Below are positions 15,853-25,338 of a stretch of 32,000 nucleotides of DNA, in pieces. The stretch's first letter is position 1. Each line of letters begins with the position of its first letter. The stretch is from Trichodesmium erythraeum IMS101 (GTDB lineage Bacteria; Cyanobacteriota; Cyanobacteriia; Cyanobacteriales; Microcoleaceae): NCBI RefSeq assembly GCF_000014265.1, contig NC_008312.1, forward strand, positions 5,430,001 to 5,462,000, read 5' to 3'. Below the pieces are notes generated by a model. That model was not told the DNA's origin. It saw only the letters and a list, made by a program, of their open reading frames with translations, and did no database searches. A program made the position numbers and the translations under genes.

Positions 15853-16965
15853 TTACAAGCCATTAGTTGCAATAGGAGTTTCACCACCTTGAAGTCCAAG
15901 AGATTTTAGCATTGCTTGATCTTTTTCTGGAGGTTGACCAAGAGTTGTCAGATAATGGCCAATTAACATAGCATTAATACCAGCCTTCAAACCCAAAGCT
16001 TGCAAATCTCCCATTACAGCTTCTCGCCCTCCAGCATAGCGAATAATTTGCTTTGGTAAAATTAGACGAAAAATAGCGATCGCTTTCAAAGCATCATAAG
16101 GATCTAACTTAAGCAAACCACCTAGTGGAGTACCTTCGCGAGAATTTAACAAATTCAAAGGTACAGACTCAACCTCTAACTCTCGCAAGGCCAAGGCCAA
16201 ATCTATCCTATCTGCCCAAGTTTCACCCATACCAATAATACCTCCTGTGCAAGCTTGAATACCTGCTGCCTTTAGGTTTTTCACAGTTTCAACTCGGTCA
16301 TTCCAGCTATGAGTACTTACAATTTCCGGGTAAAAATGCTCAGAAGCTTCCAAATTATGATTGTAGCGAGTCACTCCTGCTTCGGCCAATGCTTGAGCTT
16401 GTTCTGGGGTCAGCTCTCCCAAAGCACAACAAGGCTTAATATTAGTTTCAGCCAGAATTTGTCTTACTGTCCCCAGAATTTGTTCAAATTCTGTAGACTT
16501 AGGACTATTATACTTAACACCCCGACCCTGAGACACCAAGCAAAATCTTTTAGCTCCAGCAGCTTCTGCTGCCTTAGCTTGATCTAAGATTTCTTCAGTA
16601 GACTTAAGGCCATAAATAGGAGAATCTTCTCCAGGATGATGAACTGACTGGGAACAGAAACTACAATTTTCTGAACAGCCTCCAGACTTAACATTAATAA
16701 TGCTACACAGGTCTACAACATTTCCACAGCAAGCTTGACGAACCCGATCAGCAGCTTCACACAGAAGAAGAATATCCTCTTCTCCTGCTATTTGAGTCAG
16801 TATAATTGCCTCTTCTCGACTGAGGCGATACCCAGAAATAATTTGTTTAGCCAAATCATCAAGGGATATCTCCAACTCATTTTTTGTCTTTGGCAAAGAT
16901 GAGAATAAAGCTTTAGTATTTGCTTTTATATGATTTGATAAAGGTGTTTTGAGCACGGCAATCAT
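15853..16965 (-). CDS. bioB: Biotin synthase (radical SAM)
   Basis: It has the CSENCSFC radical-SAM CxxxCxxC motif and matches BioB along its length (RFCLVSQGRG, NHNLE, CTGGIIGMGE, SVPLNLL). It carries ~40 N-terminal residues beyond the usual BioB core. Confidence 0.9.
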   Translation of the reverse strand: MIAVLKTPLSNHIKANTKALFSSLPKTKNELEISLDDLAKQIISGYRLSREEAIILTQIAGEEDILLLCEAADRVRQACCGNVVDLCSIINVKSGGCSENCSFCSQSVHHPGEDSPIYGLKSTEEILDQAKAAEAAGAKRFCLVSQGRGVKYNSPKSTEFEQILGTVRQILAETNIKPCCALGELTPEQAQALAEAGVTRYNHNLEASEHFYPEIVSTHSWNDRVETVKNLKAAGIQACTGGIIGMGETWADRIDLALALRELEVESVPLNLLNSREGTPLGGLLKLDPYDALKAIAIFRLILPKQIIRYAGGREAVMGDLQALGLKAGINAMLIGHYLTTLGQPPEKDQAMLKSLGLQGGETPIATNGL

Positions 16966-17683
16966 TTATTGTTGAAGTTATTTTTAATATCGTCCAAATT
17001 CTACCATTTTTATCTGTTTTACTAAACTTACTCAAAACATGATTTTGAGCTTTGGCTGCTCAGTTTCTGTTCTGCAATAAGACCACTTATATATATGTCT
17101 GCAAATTATCTTCAAGAGCGGACTCAAAAATTTATGAACACTCTACTAACCCAGGTTTATCAACTTCATACTCGATGACTCAAACTCAGTGATAGCCATT
17201 CTTTTTTTTGTTTCAGTTGAAAAATATGGCCTGAAGTGAGTCCGAGTTTTTCGACTAGGACAAACTCAGTCTTGATACGAATTTGCCGTCCACCTATTTC
17301 TCTGTCAATAGTTTTTCCTGTACTTGTTTGACATTAGCACTCAAATTTTTGTCAGCCGTCCAATCAGATACAACACAGGTAGTAAATTCTTTTAGTAACA
17401 CAGTCAAATTAGCTGTTTTTACTTATGTAAAAAATAATAATAGCAGATAATAAGTTCACTTTCAATACTTTTTAATATGTATTCAATATTGTCCAATTAT
17501 TTAAATCCTATAATTATCTATTCATTTCCATAGCATTAACTTCAAAGTAGTTTTGAATCAAAATATCTAAGAAATTCATAGGGAAGTTAAAAATTCAAGT
17601 AAATCATAGATTAGAATTGTCAAAATCAAAATATGATCCAAATTCTTGGATTGACTTTTCAAGTGATCTAAAATTTATGAACT

Positions 17684-17725
17684 TTTAACTTTATATTTGA
17701 TATTTTTTTAACCTGTTCTTAATCT
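17684..17725 (+). promoter_or_regulatory. Pho-box-like array of 8-bp PyTTAAPyPy(T/A) direct repeats upstream of the first pstS paralogue
   Basis: TTTAACCT (17707..17714) and CTTAATCT (17718..17725) are perfect matches spaced 11 bp apart. They are preceded in phase by the 6/8 match TTTGATAT (17696..17703). A further perfect unit TTTAACTT (17684..17691) is one base out of phase. The array lies 160-200 bp upstream of the ATG at 17888. Confidence 0.5.
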
Positions 17726-17887
17726 CAATATGTTTAGATATTACCTGTATCTCTAGCAGGAATTACGCAGTACCCATAGATCATAGATATGGTAGATAAT
17801 TTAGCATTTTTCATAAGGCTAAAATTAGTATCGTTGCCTAAATCCTGTTTCGTATAAAATCAGTGTCAAACTTTAACACTTAAACTT

Positions 17888-18973
17888 ATGGTATTTAGTC
17901 TTAATTTTCGTCAGATAATTTGTAATACTTCTAAATTCTCTGCAGTAGCCTTAACCATTGGTCTAGTTACTACAATTGCTGGAGTTAAGTACAGTCTCGC
18001 TAAACAAAGAGTCAACCTTATAGGTGCAGGTGCATCTTTTCCAGCTCCACTATACCAACGTTGGTTTAGTGATATGAGAAATAATAATTTTGAGGTTCAA
18101 GTAGATTATCAATCAGTTGGTAGTGGTGCTGGTGTTGAAAGATTTACTCAAGGACTAGTAGATTTCGGTGCTTCTGATGTGGCAATGAAAGATAGTGAAA
18201 TAGCCAAGGTCTCTCGAGGAGTTATGATGCTGCCCATGACTGCAGGTAGTGTTGTATTGGCTTACAATTTACCAGGTATATCCGACCTGAAGTTATCCAG
18301 GAAAGTTTATGTAGATATCCTTTTGGGTAGGATTAAGAATTGGAATGACTCAGAAATTGCTACTATTAATTCCGGTGTAAATTTGCCAGATCTACCAATT
18401 ACCGTAGTTTATCGTTCCGATGGTAGTGGAACTACAGGAGTGTTTACAAAGCATCTAAATTCTATTAGTCAGGAGTGGAAAAAGAAAGTAGGAGAAGGTA
18501 AAACTGTTCAGTGGCCTGTAGGCATAGGTGGCCAAAAAAATGATGGCGTAAGTGCTTTAATTCGTCAAACAAAAGGTGCTATAGGTTACGTAGAGTTTGG
18601 TTTTGCTAAAAATGCTAAACTTAATACTGCAGCTTTAGAGAATAAATCTGGTAATTATATTAAGGCTTCTTTAGAGTCTGCTAAGTCTACTCTAGCAGCA
18701 GTAAAATTACCTAAAAATCTCCGTGCTTTTATTAGTGACCCAGAAGGTAGTAATTCTTATCCTATTGTTACTTATACTTGGATGCTAATTTATAATCAAT
18801 ATAATGATGCAGCTAAAGCTCAGGGTATAGAAAAAATGATTGAATATGGATTAAATGAAGGGCAAAAGGTAAGTGCTGATTTAGGTTATATTCCACTACC
18901 TAACAATGTTCGTCAAACAGTTGCGGCAGCTGCAGATAAAATCAGCTCTAGCCATCAAATTAGCCTTAAGTAA
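17888..18973 (+). CDS. pstS: Phosphate ABC transporter substrate-binding protein, upstream paralogue (possibly the SphX-type copy); no lipobox
   Basis: It has PstS-family motifs (GAGASFPAPLYQRW, YQSVGSGAG, FGASD, RSDGSGTT, GAIGYVE). By eye it is roughly three-quarters identical to the 20918..21994 copy. The N-terminus has a hydrophobic segment but no Cys lipobox. Confidence 0.9.
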   Translation: MVFSLNFRQIICNTSKFSAVALTIGLVTTIAGVKYSLAKQRVNLIGAGASFPAPLYQRWFSDMRNNNFEVQVDYQSVGSGAGVERFTQGLVDFGASDVAMKDSEIAKVSRGVMMLPMTAGSVVLAYNLPGISDLKLSRKVYVDILLGRIKNWNDSEIATINSGVNLPDLPITVVYRSDGSGTTGVFTKHLNSISQEWKKKVGEGKTVQWPVGIGGQKNDGVSALIRQTKGAIGYVEFGFAKNAKLNTAALENKSGNYIKASLESAKSTLAAVKLPKNLRAFISDPEGSNSYPIVTYTWMLIYNQYNDAAKAQGIEKMIEYGLNEGQKVSADLGYIPLPNNVRQTVAAAADKISSSHQISLK

Positions 18974-18996
18974 TTCCTAGTAAAAAAACCTGATTC

Positions 18997-19038
18997 AACC
19001 CTTCTTTTATATAAGATATTAAGAAGGGTTTATTTCTT
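18997..19038 (+). terminator. Rho-independent terminator after the upstream pstS paralogue
   Basis: A perfect 10-bp stem, aacccttctt (18997..19006) with aagaagggtt (19021..19030), encloses a 14-nt loop. It is followed by the T-rich tatttctt. Confidence 0.65.
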
Positions 19039-19072
19039 GATTTATTTAAAAAAAAACTTGTAAATTTTTTAT

Positions 19073-20448
19073 CGGGACTTTAGCAAATTTCAAGCCCAAA
19101 CAAACCCTAAACTCTCTTTATGAGCGGTAAATACGTCGATGTTTTCATCTAACCACTCAACAAAACGATAAGATATTGCGGTACGAAATGCTTCTAAAGT
19201 ATCAGTAAACGTATTTAATGGTTTGTTAGCCCAACGCCTTCTTATACCTCCTGTTAACTGATGCCAGATAATAAATGTATAAGCACAAAATACTAAAATA
19301 AAATGCCTTTTAAGGCTGATTTTATCTCTGACTTGATATTCTCTTAATCCTAACCATCCTTTGGCTTCCCTGTAGAAAACTTCCACCCAATTTCTTTGAG
19401 AATAAGTAGAATATATCCACTCAGGAGTTACATATTTGTCTTCTCTATTAGTGATATAATAGTTAATATCAGTGGCCTCAGAAAAACTTTTAGCATTCAT
19501 AACGATAGCTATAGTTTTTTGACCTGACATCCTAGATATTTCTACTTCTAATGTAGCTACCCAAACTTCTCTAGCATTTTTTGTACTTAGTTGAACTAAG
19601 TTGAAAGCTTTCTGAGGTATACTTTCTGCCAGCTTGTCTAATCTAATTTCCTCTTTAATGTCATCTTGTTTTTTAATGATGACTTTTCGATTTTTAGCTA
19701 ATCCTCCTATATAAGTTAAACTTCTTTTCTCTAGTTGATTTAAGAATGATGTATTGTTACCATAGCCAAATTTCAATTAACACAATTTCTGGTTGGTGTC
19801 CTCTGGACAAACATTGATCTACTAGAGACATTGCACTCGTCTGGTTTCTTGACAAATTCTGGGTCTTTTTTTCCTTTTGGAAAAGAATCAGCTTTCTGAT
19901 ACAAAGCTATGTCTAAAGGTAGACTTTTAACTCCATCATAAAGATGAGTTGTCACCACGACTACACCATTATCTGTTTTTCCTATTTCTCCTATATATTG
20001 CCGCCCTACTCCTGCAGTAAAATTACCACTTTTTCTGTGGCCTGAATCGTCTATAATTAAAGCAATAGGATCGAGAAGGTTTTGTTTGGCGACGTTCCCA
20101 CATTACTTGAAGACGACGCTCATTCACAGCATCTACAGACCAATTTGCTCGAACTAGAAAATGCCGTAATTTGTGGTACGTGTGACCTACAGTGTTGTTG
20201 GCAATTTGAGACAAGTTTTTTCGATCGCTTTCTCAAGAGTAATCCTCCTATATATTCCCTAAACCCTGTTTTTTGGGCTTTTGTTTTAAAGACATTGTTA
20301 AAGCGATCGCACCATCGATGGAAACAAGAGGGCATGGCCACTGAAGTTGTTTCTTTCATCAAACTTTTCCCAGGCCAGTAATTAACGTAAAATACATATC
20401 AGGTATACATTATACCCTTTTTTTTACTATTTTTTCACTAAAGTCCCG
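19073..20448 (-). mobile_element. Decayed IS701-family (IS4 superfamily) insertion sequence, ~1.38 kb
   Basis: The terminal inverted repeats have the core CGGGACTTTAG (19073..19083) and its complement CTAAAGTCCCG (20438..20448). Both ends are flanked by TTAT (19069..19072 and 20449..20452), a possible 4-bp target duplication. The interior encodes a fragmented DDE transposase. Confidence 0.8.
19090..20362 (-). pseudogene. IS701-like DDE transposase disrupted by at least three frameshifts
   Basis: The homologous reading frame is split over ORFs 20120..20362, 20023..20214, about 20070..19773 and 19090..19776. IS701/DDE_5 hallmarks are present: IIDDSGHRKSGNFTAGVGRQYIGEIGKTDNGVVVVTTHL, and NWVEVFYREAKGWLGL (catalytic E with K seven residues later). 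Confidence 0.8.
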
Positions 20449-20534
20449 TTATAAATTATGGCAATAAATTATGACAATAAATAAACTTTAGGTATTAGAT
20501 AATTATACTATTTAAAATCACAACCGTCAATTAT

Positions 20535-20553
20535 TTTAACTTAATTTTAACTT
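20535..20553 (+). promoter_or_regulatory. Pho-box-like pair of 8-bp repeats upstream of the second pstS
   Basis: TTTAACTT occurs at 20535..20542 and again at 20546..20553, with exact 11-bp phasing. Only two units are present. They lie ~370 bp upstream of the ATG at 20918 and ~85 bp from the IS end. Confidence 0.35.
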
Positions 20554-20917
20554 ACAAGCACAAACTAAAACCAAGTAAATAACCTAAAAAAAGTGAAAAT
20601 TAATCAAGGTAAAAGTGTTTATAATTATCCTTTTATAGAAGGTAAATACTAGCTAATTTTCGGGTGTAACCAAAATAAAAAAAGAAATCAACCCACTATT
20701 AATTAATATGTCAATAAAAAAATATAGAGTTGATAAAATTTTAAAAACCTAGTAAATCAATCTTGAGAATTTATTGATCCTTTAATTGACAGATTTACAG
20801 ACTAATATATATATAATTTCCAATCATCAACAAGAATTTACCTTTATTAAAACTCAATATGTGACTCTTTCGTTTATTCTTTTTAGTATCTAGAAAAATA
20901 TAGAAATTCAAATAATT

Positions 20918-21994
20918 ATGAAATTTTGTATAAATCTTTCTAGGATAACTCATCTTACTGCAAAAGTATCTGCCGTTGTCCTAACAATTGGTTTAACAGC
21001 TTGTAGTAGTAGTGATCTTGGAAGTTCTCAAGTAAGCCTTTTAGGTGCGGGAGCTTCTTTTCCATCACCTATATATCAACGTTGGTTTCAAGACTTGGGG
21101 AACAGTGGCCTAAACCTACAAGTAGATTATCAGTCAGTAGGTAGCGGCGCTGGTGTTGAGAGATTTACTCAAGAACTAGTAGATTTTGGTGCTTCTGACG
21201 TCGCAATGAAAGATGAGGAAATTTCCAAAGTAAACCGAGGAGTTATCCTGCTACCAATGACTGCAGGTAGTATTGTTTTAGCTTACAACTTGCCGAATGT
21301 TTCTAATCTCAAACTTTCCAGGGAAGCTTATGTAGATATCCTTTTGGGTAAAATTAAAAAATGGAATGACCCGAAGATCAAAGCAATTAACCCTGGCGTA
21401 ACTCTCAGAGATCAAAAAATTACAGTTATATATCGCTCTGATGGTAGTGGTACAACTGGAGTTTTCACAAAGCATTTGAGTGCTATTAGTCCAGAATGGA
21501 AACAGACAGTAGGGGAAGGTAAAACCGTTCAATGGCCTGTAGGTATTGGTGGTGCCAAGAACGATGGTGTAACTGCTCAAATTACTCAAACTGAAGGAGC
21601 AATAGGATATGTTGAGTATGGTTATGCTAAGAATGCTGGTTTGAATATGGCTTCCCTACAAAACAAATCTGGTAAATATATAAATCCTACTTTTGAATCA
21701 GCAGAAGCAACTTTAGGAGCAGTTGCACTACCTGAAAATTTACGAGCTTTTATTAGTGACCCAGAAGGGGATAATTCTTATCCAATTGTAACTTACACTT
21801 GGATTCTTGCCTATAGTAAATATGATGACGCAGCCAAAGCTCAAGGTGTGGAAAAAATGATTGAATATGGTTTAAATGAAGGTCAAAAAGTTAGTTCTGA
21901 GTTAGGTTATATTCCTTTACCTAAGAATGTACGTCAAAAAGTTCTAGAAACTGCGGATAAAATTAGTCAAGATTACAACATGACCCTCAAATAG
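20918..21994 (+). CDS. pstS: Phosphate ABC transporter substrate-binding lipoprotein
   Basis: It has the same PstS motifs as the upstream copy, and the N-terminus ends in a lipobox (GLTAC, followed by SSSD). It is followed by pstCAB on the same strand. Confidence 0.92.
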   Translation: MKFCINLSRITHLTAKVSAVVLTIGLTACSSSDLGSSQVSLLGAGASFPSPIYQRWFQDLGNSGLNLQVDYQSVGSGAGVERFTQELVDFGASDVAMKDEEISKVNRGVILLPMTAGSIVLAYNLPNVSNLKLSREAYVDILLGKIKKWNDPKIKAINPGVTLRDQKITVIYRSDGSGTTGVFTKHLSAISPEWKQTVGEGKTVQWPVGIGGAKNDGVTAQITQTEGAIGYVEYGYAKNAGLNMASLQNKSGKYINPTFESAEATLGAVALPENLRAFISDPEGDNSYPIVTYTWILAYSKYDDAAKAQGVEKMIEYGLNEGQKVSSELGYIPLPKNVRQKVLETADKISQDYNMTLK

Positions 21995-22021
21995 TATAAA
22001 ATAAATTTAATTTATCATCAG

Positions 22022-22060
22022 AAAGTGGTACTATTATATAGTACCACTTTTGTATTTTTT
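22022..22060 (+). terminator. Rho-independent terminator or attenuator between pstS and pstC
   Basis: A perfect 11-bp stem, aaagtggtact (22022..22032) with agtaccacttt (22040..22050), encloses a 7-nt loop. It is followed by tgtatttttt. Confidence 0.7.
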
Positions 22061-22204
22061 GACTTTTAAGCGAAGCTTGTCACTGCTGATTCGTCAGATA
22101 TAAATATTCTAGAGATAAGCACCAGAAATCATTTTTCCTCTTCTTTTTGAGAGGCAAATCTCGCCCTTTTCCAGCACTGTTTCAAGAGATGTAAAAGTTA
22201 TCAT

Positions 22205-23191
22205 ATGCTTCCCAAAGACATAAACAATCTCAAATTAAACAAAGATATTCGCTCTCGGAGTAATATAGAAAAAAGACTTGATTATGGTTTTATTAATCTA
22301 ACTAAAGTTTTTGCTTGGAGCATAGCAGTTCTTCTCATATTAATGGCTCTAACAGTAGTTTGGCAAGCAATACCATCTTTGAATGAATTCGGTTTTAGCT
22401 TTCTATTTAAAAGTGTTTGGAATCCTGTTGCTAATGATGGTAAAGGTGATTATGGCGCATTGCCAATGATTGTTGGAACTATATTTAGTTCATTATTAGC
22501 TCTGCTTATTGCAGTTCCTCTTGGTCTGGGTACAGCAATATTTTTAAGTGAGAATTTTATCCCCAAAAAAATTATTACCCCATTAACTTTTATGGTGGAA
22601 TTATTAGCAGCTATTCCGAGTGTAGTTTATGGTTTATGGGGTATTTATATTTTAATCCCTTTTATGAAGCCAATAGAAATTTTTCTGGGTAAATATCTGG
22701 GGTGGATTCCAATTTTTTCTATTCCTGACAATATTAGTGCAGGAGGTCCGGGAATGTTTCCCGCAGCAATTATTTTATCAATAATGATTTTACCAATTAT
22801 TACTGCAATTTCTCGCGATTCTCTTGCTAGTCTACCACCTAATTTGCGACAAGCTTCTTTAGGTTTAGGAGCTAGCCGTTGGTTTACTATTATTAGAGTA
22901 TTAATTCCAGCAGCTTTTTCAGGAATTGTTGGTGGTGTAATGTTAGCTTTGGGTAGAGCAATGGGAGAAACTATGGCTGTCACAATGTTAATTGGTAATT
23001 CTAACTCAATTAACATTAGCCTTTTTGCTCCAGCTAATACTATTGCCTCTTTAATGGCAAATCAATTTGGTGAAGCTTCCGGCTTACAACGTTCTGCTTT
23101 GATGTATACAGGGGTTATTCTGTTTGCTTTGACCCTAATTGTTAATGTATTAGCTAATTGGATTGTAAATCAAATTAAGGTTAAGTATTAA
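22205..23191 (+). CDS. pstC: Phosphate ABC transporter permease PstC
   Basis: 328-aa polytopic permease with the PstC-type EAA region (ASLGLGASRW..LALGRAMGETMAVTMLIGN). It sits first after pstS. Confidence 0.9.
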   Translation: MLPKDINNLKLNKDIRSRSNIEKRLDYGFINLTKVFAWSIAVLLILMALTVVWQAIPSLNEFGFSFLFKSVWNPVANDGKGDYGALPMIVGTIFSSLLALLIAVPLGLGTAIFLSENFIPKKIITPLTFMVELLAAIPSVVYGLWGIYILIPFMKPIEIFLGKYLGWIPIFSIPDNISAGGPGMFPAAIILSIMILPIITAISRDSLASLPPNLRQASLGLGASRWFTIIRVLIPAAFSGIVGGVMLALGRAMGETMAVTMLIGNSNSINISLFAPANTIASLMANQFGEASGLQRSALMYTGVILFALTLIVNVLANWIVNQIKVKY

Positions 23192-23261
23192 TGGGAATTA
23201 ATTATCCTATTTGATTTATATATAACCAACAATTTTTATGCTAATATTATCTTAATTCATT

Positions 23262-24149
23262 ATGGCAGATATTACCCCAAAACATTCTGAATCTATCGTT
23301 AACCTGAAAAGAAATCCTACAAGGCCAAGGGAAATATTTAATAAAGTGATGACAGGATTATCAGGTGCTTGCATAGTTATCACTCTTATCCCTCTATTTG
23401 CAGTATTAACCTATGTTTTTATCAAAGGATTAGCTCGTTTAAACTTAGATTTATTTACTAAGTTACCTCCAACAGCAGGTCAAGAAACAGGGGGTATTGC
23501 TAATGCAATACTCGGCACAATTATGGTAGTAGCAATTGCTAGTTTAATTGCTGTACCTTTTGGTATCTTAACAGCAGTTTATTTATCAGAATTTAGTAAC
23601 GAAAGAAATGCTCGTCCAATTCGATTTGCTACTAATATTTTGAGCGGTGTCCCATCAATTATTGCTGGGGTATTTGCCTATAGTTTACTAGTTTTATCTA
23701 TGGGTAAGTTTTCAGCCTTTGCCGGGGGATTTGCTTTATCTGTTTTGATGTTACCTACTATTATTAAAGCTACTGATGAAGCTTTGCAAATAGTTCCTAG
23801 AGATATTAGAGCAGCATCCCTAGGAGTTGGTGCTTCTAATTATCAGACTGTTCTACAGATAGTTTTACCCACTGCTTTTCCCAGTATTATCACAGGTATA
23901 ACTCTTTCTATTGCTCGTGCTGCTGGAGAAACAGCTCCACTACTTTTTACTGTGATTTATTCTAATAATTGGCCTCGTAGTCCCTTTGCTCCCACGTTAC
24001 CATCTTTGTCATATCTAGTATATGACTTTGCCCGCAGTTTTGATGTGGTTTTACAAGAATTTGCTTGGGCAGGTTCCTTGGTTTTAGTTTTATTAGTTTT
24101 AATTACCAGTATTCTTTCTCGTTGGGTAACGAGTAAAAAGCAATTTTGA
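23262..24149 (+). CDS. pstA: Phosphate ABC transporter permease PstA
   Basis: 295-aa permease with PstA-type motifs (ASLGVGASNYQT, ARAAGETAPLLFT). Confidence 0.9.
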   Translation: MADITPKHSESIVNLKRNPTRPREIFNKVMTGLSGACIVITLIPLFAVLTYVFIKGLARLNLDLFTKLPPTAGQETGGIANAILGTIMVVAIASLIAVPFGILTAVYLSEFSNERNARPIRFATNILSGVPSIIAGVFAYSLLVLSMGKFSAFAGGFALSVLMLPTIIKATDEALQIVPRDIRAASLGVGASNYQTVLQIVLPTAFPSIITGITLSIARAAGETAPLLFTVIYSNNWPRSPFAPTLPSLSYLVYDFARSFDVVLQEFAWAGSLVLVLLVLITSILSRWVTSKKQF

Positions 24150-24516
24150 TGATTAACTTATAGTTATGTGTTTAGGAAAAATTCAATTATACCTCTTGCT
24201 TCTATCGAAAACATAGATAAAGATAAGTAATTGTAAACTTGACTAAATAGGGCTTTAATCAAACCCCTTACTGAAGAGTAAATTCTAGACAAAGTTTTCA
24301 AAATAATTATTGATTTACTTATTTGTAAATAAAACTAACTAAAGTATTCAAAACTAATATATTTTTTTGAAATCTGACTAGAAAAAGTTTCATTCATGAA
24401 AGATCAAAGTAGATTTACCTGCTAGTTCTTACCTTTTTGGGTAAAAGACTTATTCAATATAATCTAAATAGTAAACACAAAAATCATTTTTACACTAAAT
24501 TAGCAAGTTATATTTT

Positions 24517-25338
24517 ATGCTAGAGCATCAAACAAATACTTATCAACAGAATTCTACTCCTGCTCTTTCAGCAGAAAACCTTAGCATTTTTTATGGTGAT
24601 TTTAAAGCCCTAAAAGATATTTCAATGAGAATTCCTAAGAATAAAGTAACTGCTTTTATCGGACCTTCAGGTTGTGGTAAAAGTACATTATTACGATGCT
24701 TTAATCGTCTCAATGATTTGATTGATATTTTCCGCTTAGAAGGTCGTATTCTTTATCATAATCAAAATATTTACGACCCAGATATTGACCCTGTAGAAAT
24801 TCGCCGTCACATCGGTATGGTTTTTCAAAAACCCAATCCTTTTCCTAAGTCAATTTACGATAACATTGCTTATGGAGTAAGAGTGAATGGTTTGGCTAAA
24901 TCTAAAGAAGAAATGGATGAGATAGTCGAGCGATCGCTAAGGCAAGCAGTTTTATGGGATGAGGTCAAGGATAAATTAGGACAAAGTGGTTTTGCTCTAT
25001 CTGGAGGTCAACAACAACGTTTGTGTATTGCTCGTGCAGTTGCTATTAGTCCAGATGTAGTTTTAATGGATGAACCTTGTGCTTCCCTGGATCCTATTTC
25101 AACTGTGAAAGTAGAAGAGTTAATTAACGAACTCAGGCAAAAATATACTATTATTATAGTGACTCATAATATGCAGCAAGCTACTCGGATAGCTGACTTA
25201 ACTGCTTTTTTTAATGCCAAAGCTGTAGAAAGTGGCCAACGTTTTGGTTATTTGGTTGAATTTGATAAAACTAACAATATTTTTCAAAACCCAAGGGAAA
25301 AAGCCACTCAAGATTATGTAAGTGGTCGTTTTGGCTAA
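24517..25338 (+). CDS. pstB: Phosphate ABC transporter ATP-binding protein PstB
   Basis: Walker [10 protein letters not shown], signature [14 protein letters not shown], Walker [14 protein letters not shown], and the PstB-typical length of 273 aa. An ORF-free gap of ~367 bp separates it from pstA. Confidence 0.92.
   Translation: MLEHQTNTYQQNSTPALSAENLSIFYGDFKALKDISMRIPKNKVTAFIGPSGCGKSTLLRCFNRLNDLIDIFRLEGRILYHNQNIYDPDIDPVEIRRHIGMVFQKPNPFPKSIYDNIAYGVRVNGLAKSKEEMDEIVERSLRQAVLWDEVKDKLGQSGFALSGGQQQRLCIARAVAISPDVVLMDEPCASLDPISTVKVEELINELRQKYTIIIVTHNMQQATRIADLTAFFNAKAVESGQRFGYLVEFDKTNNIFQNPREKATQDYVSGRFG

Noticed and set aside
16309-16587. Plus-strand 92-aa ORF inside bioB
   Set aside because: It is antisense to a well-supported radical-SAM gene and has no motifs.
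21278-23016. Minus-strand ORFs 21278..21589 and 22645..23016
   Set aside because: They are antisense to pstS and pstC respectively, both of which have clear family motifs.
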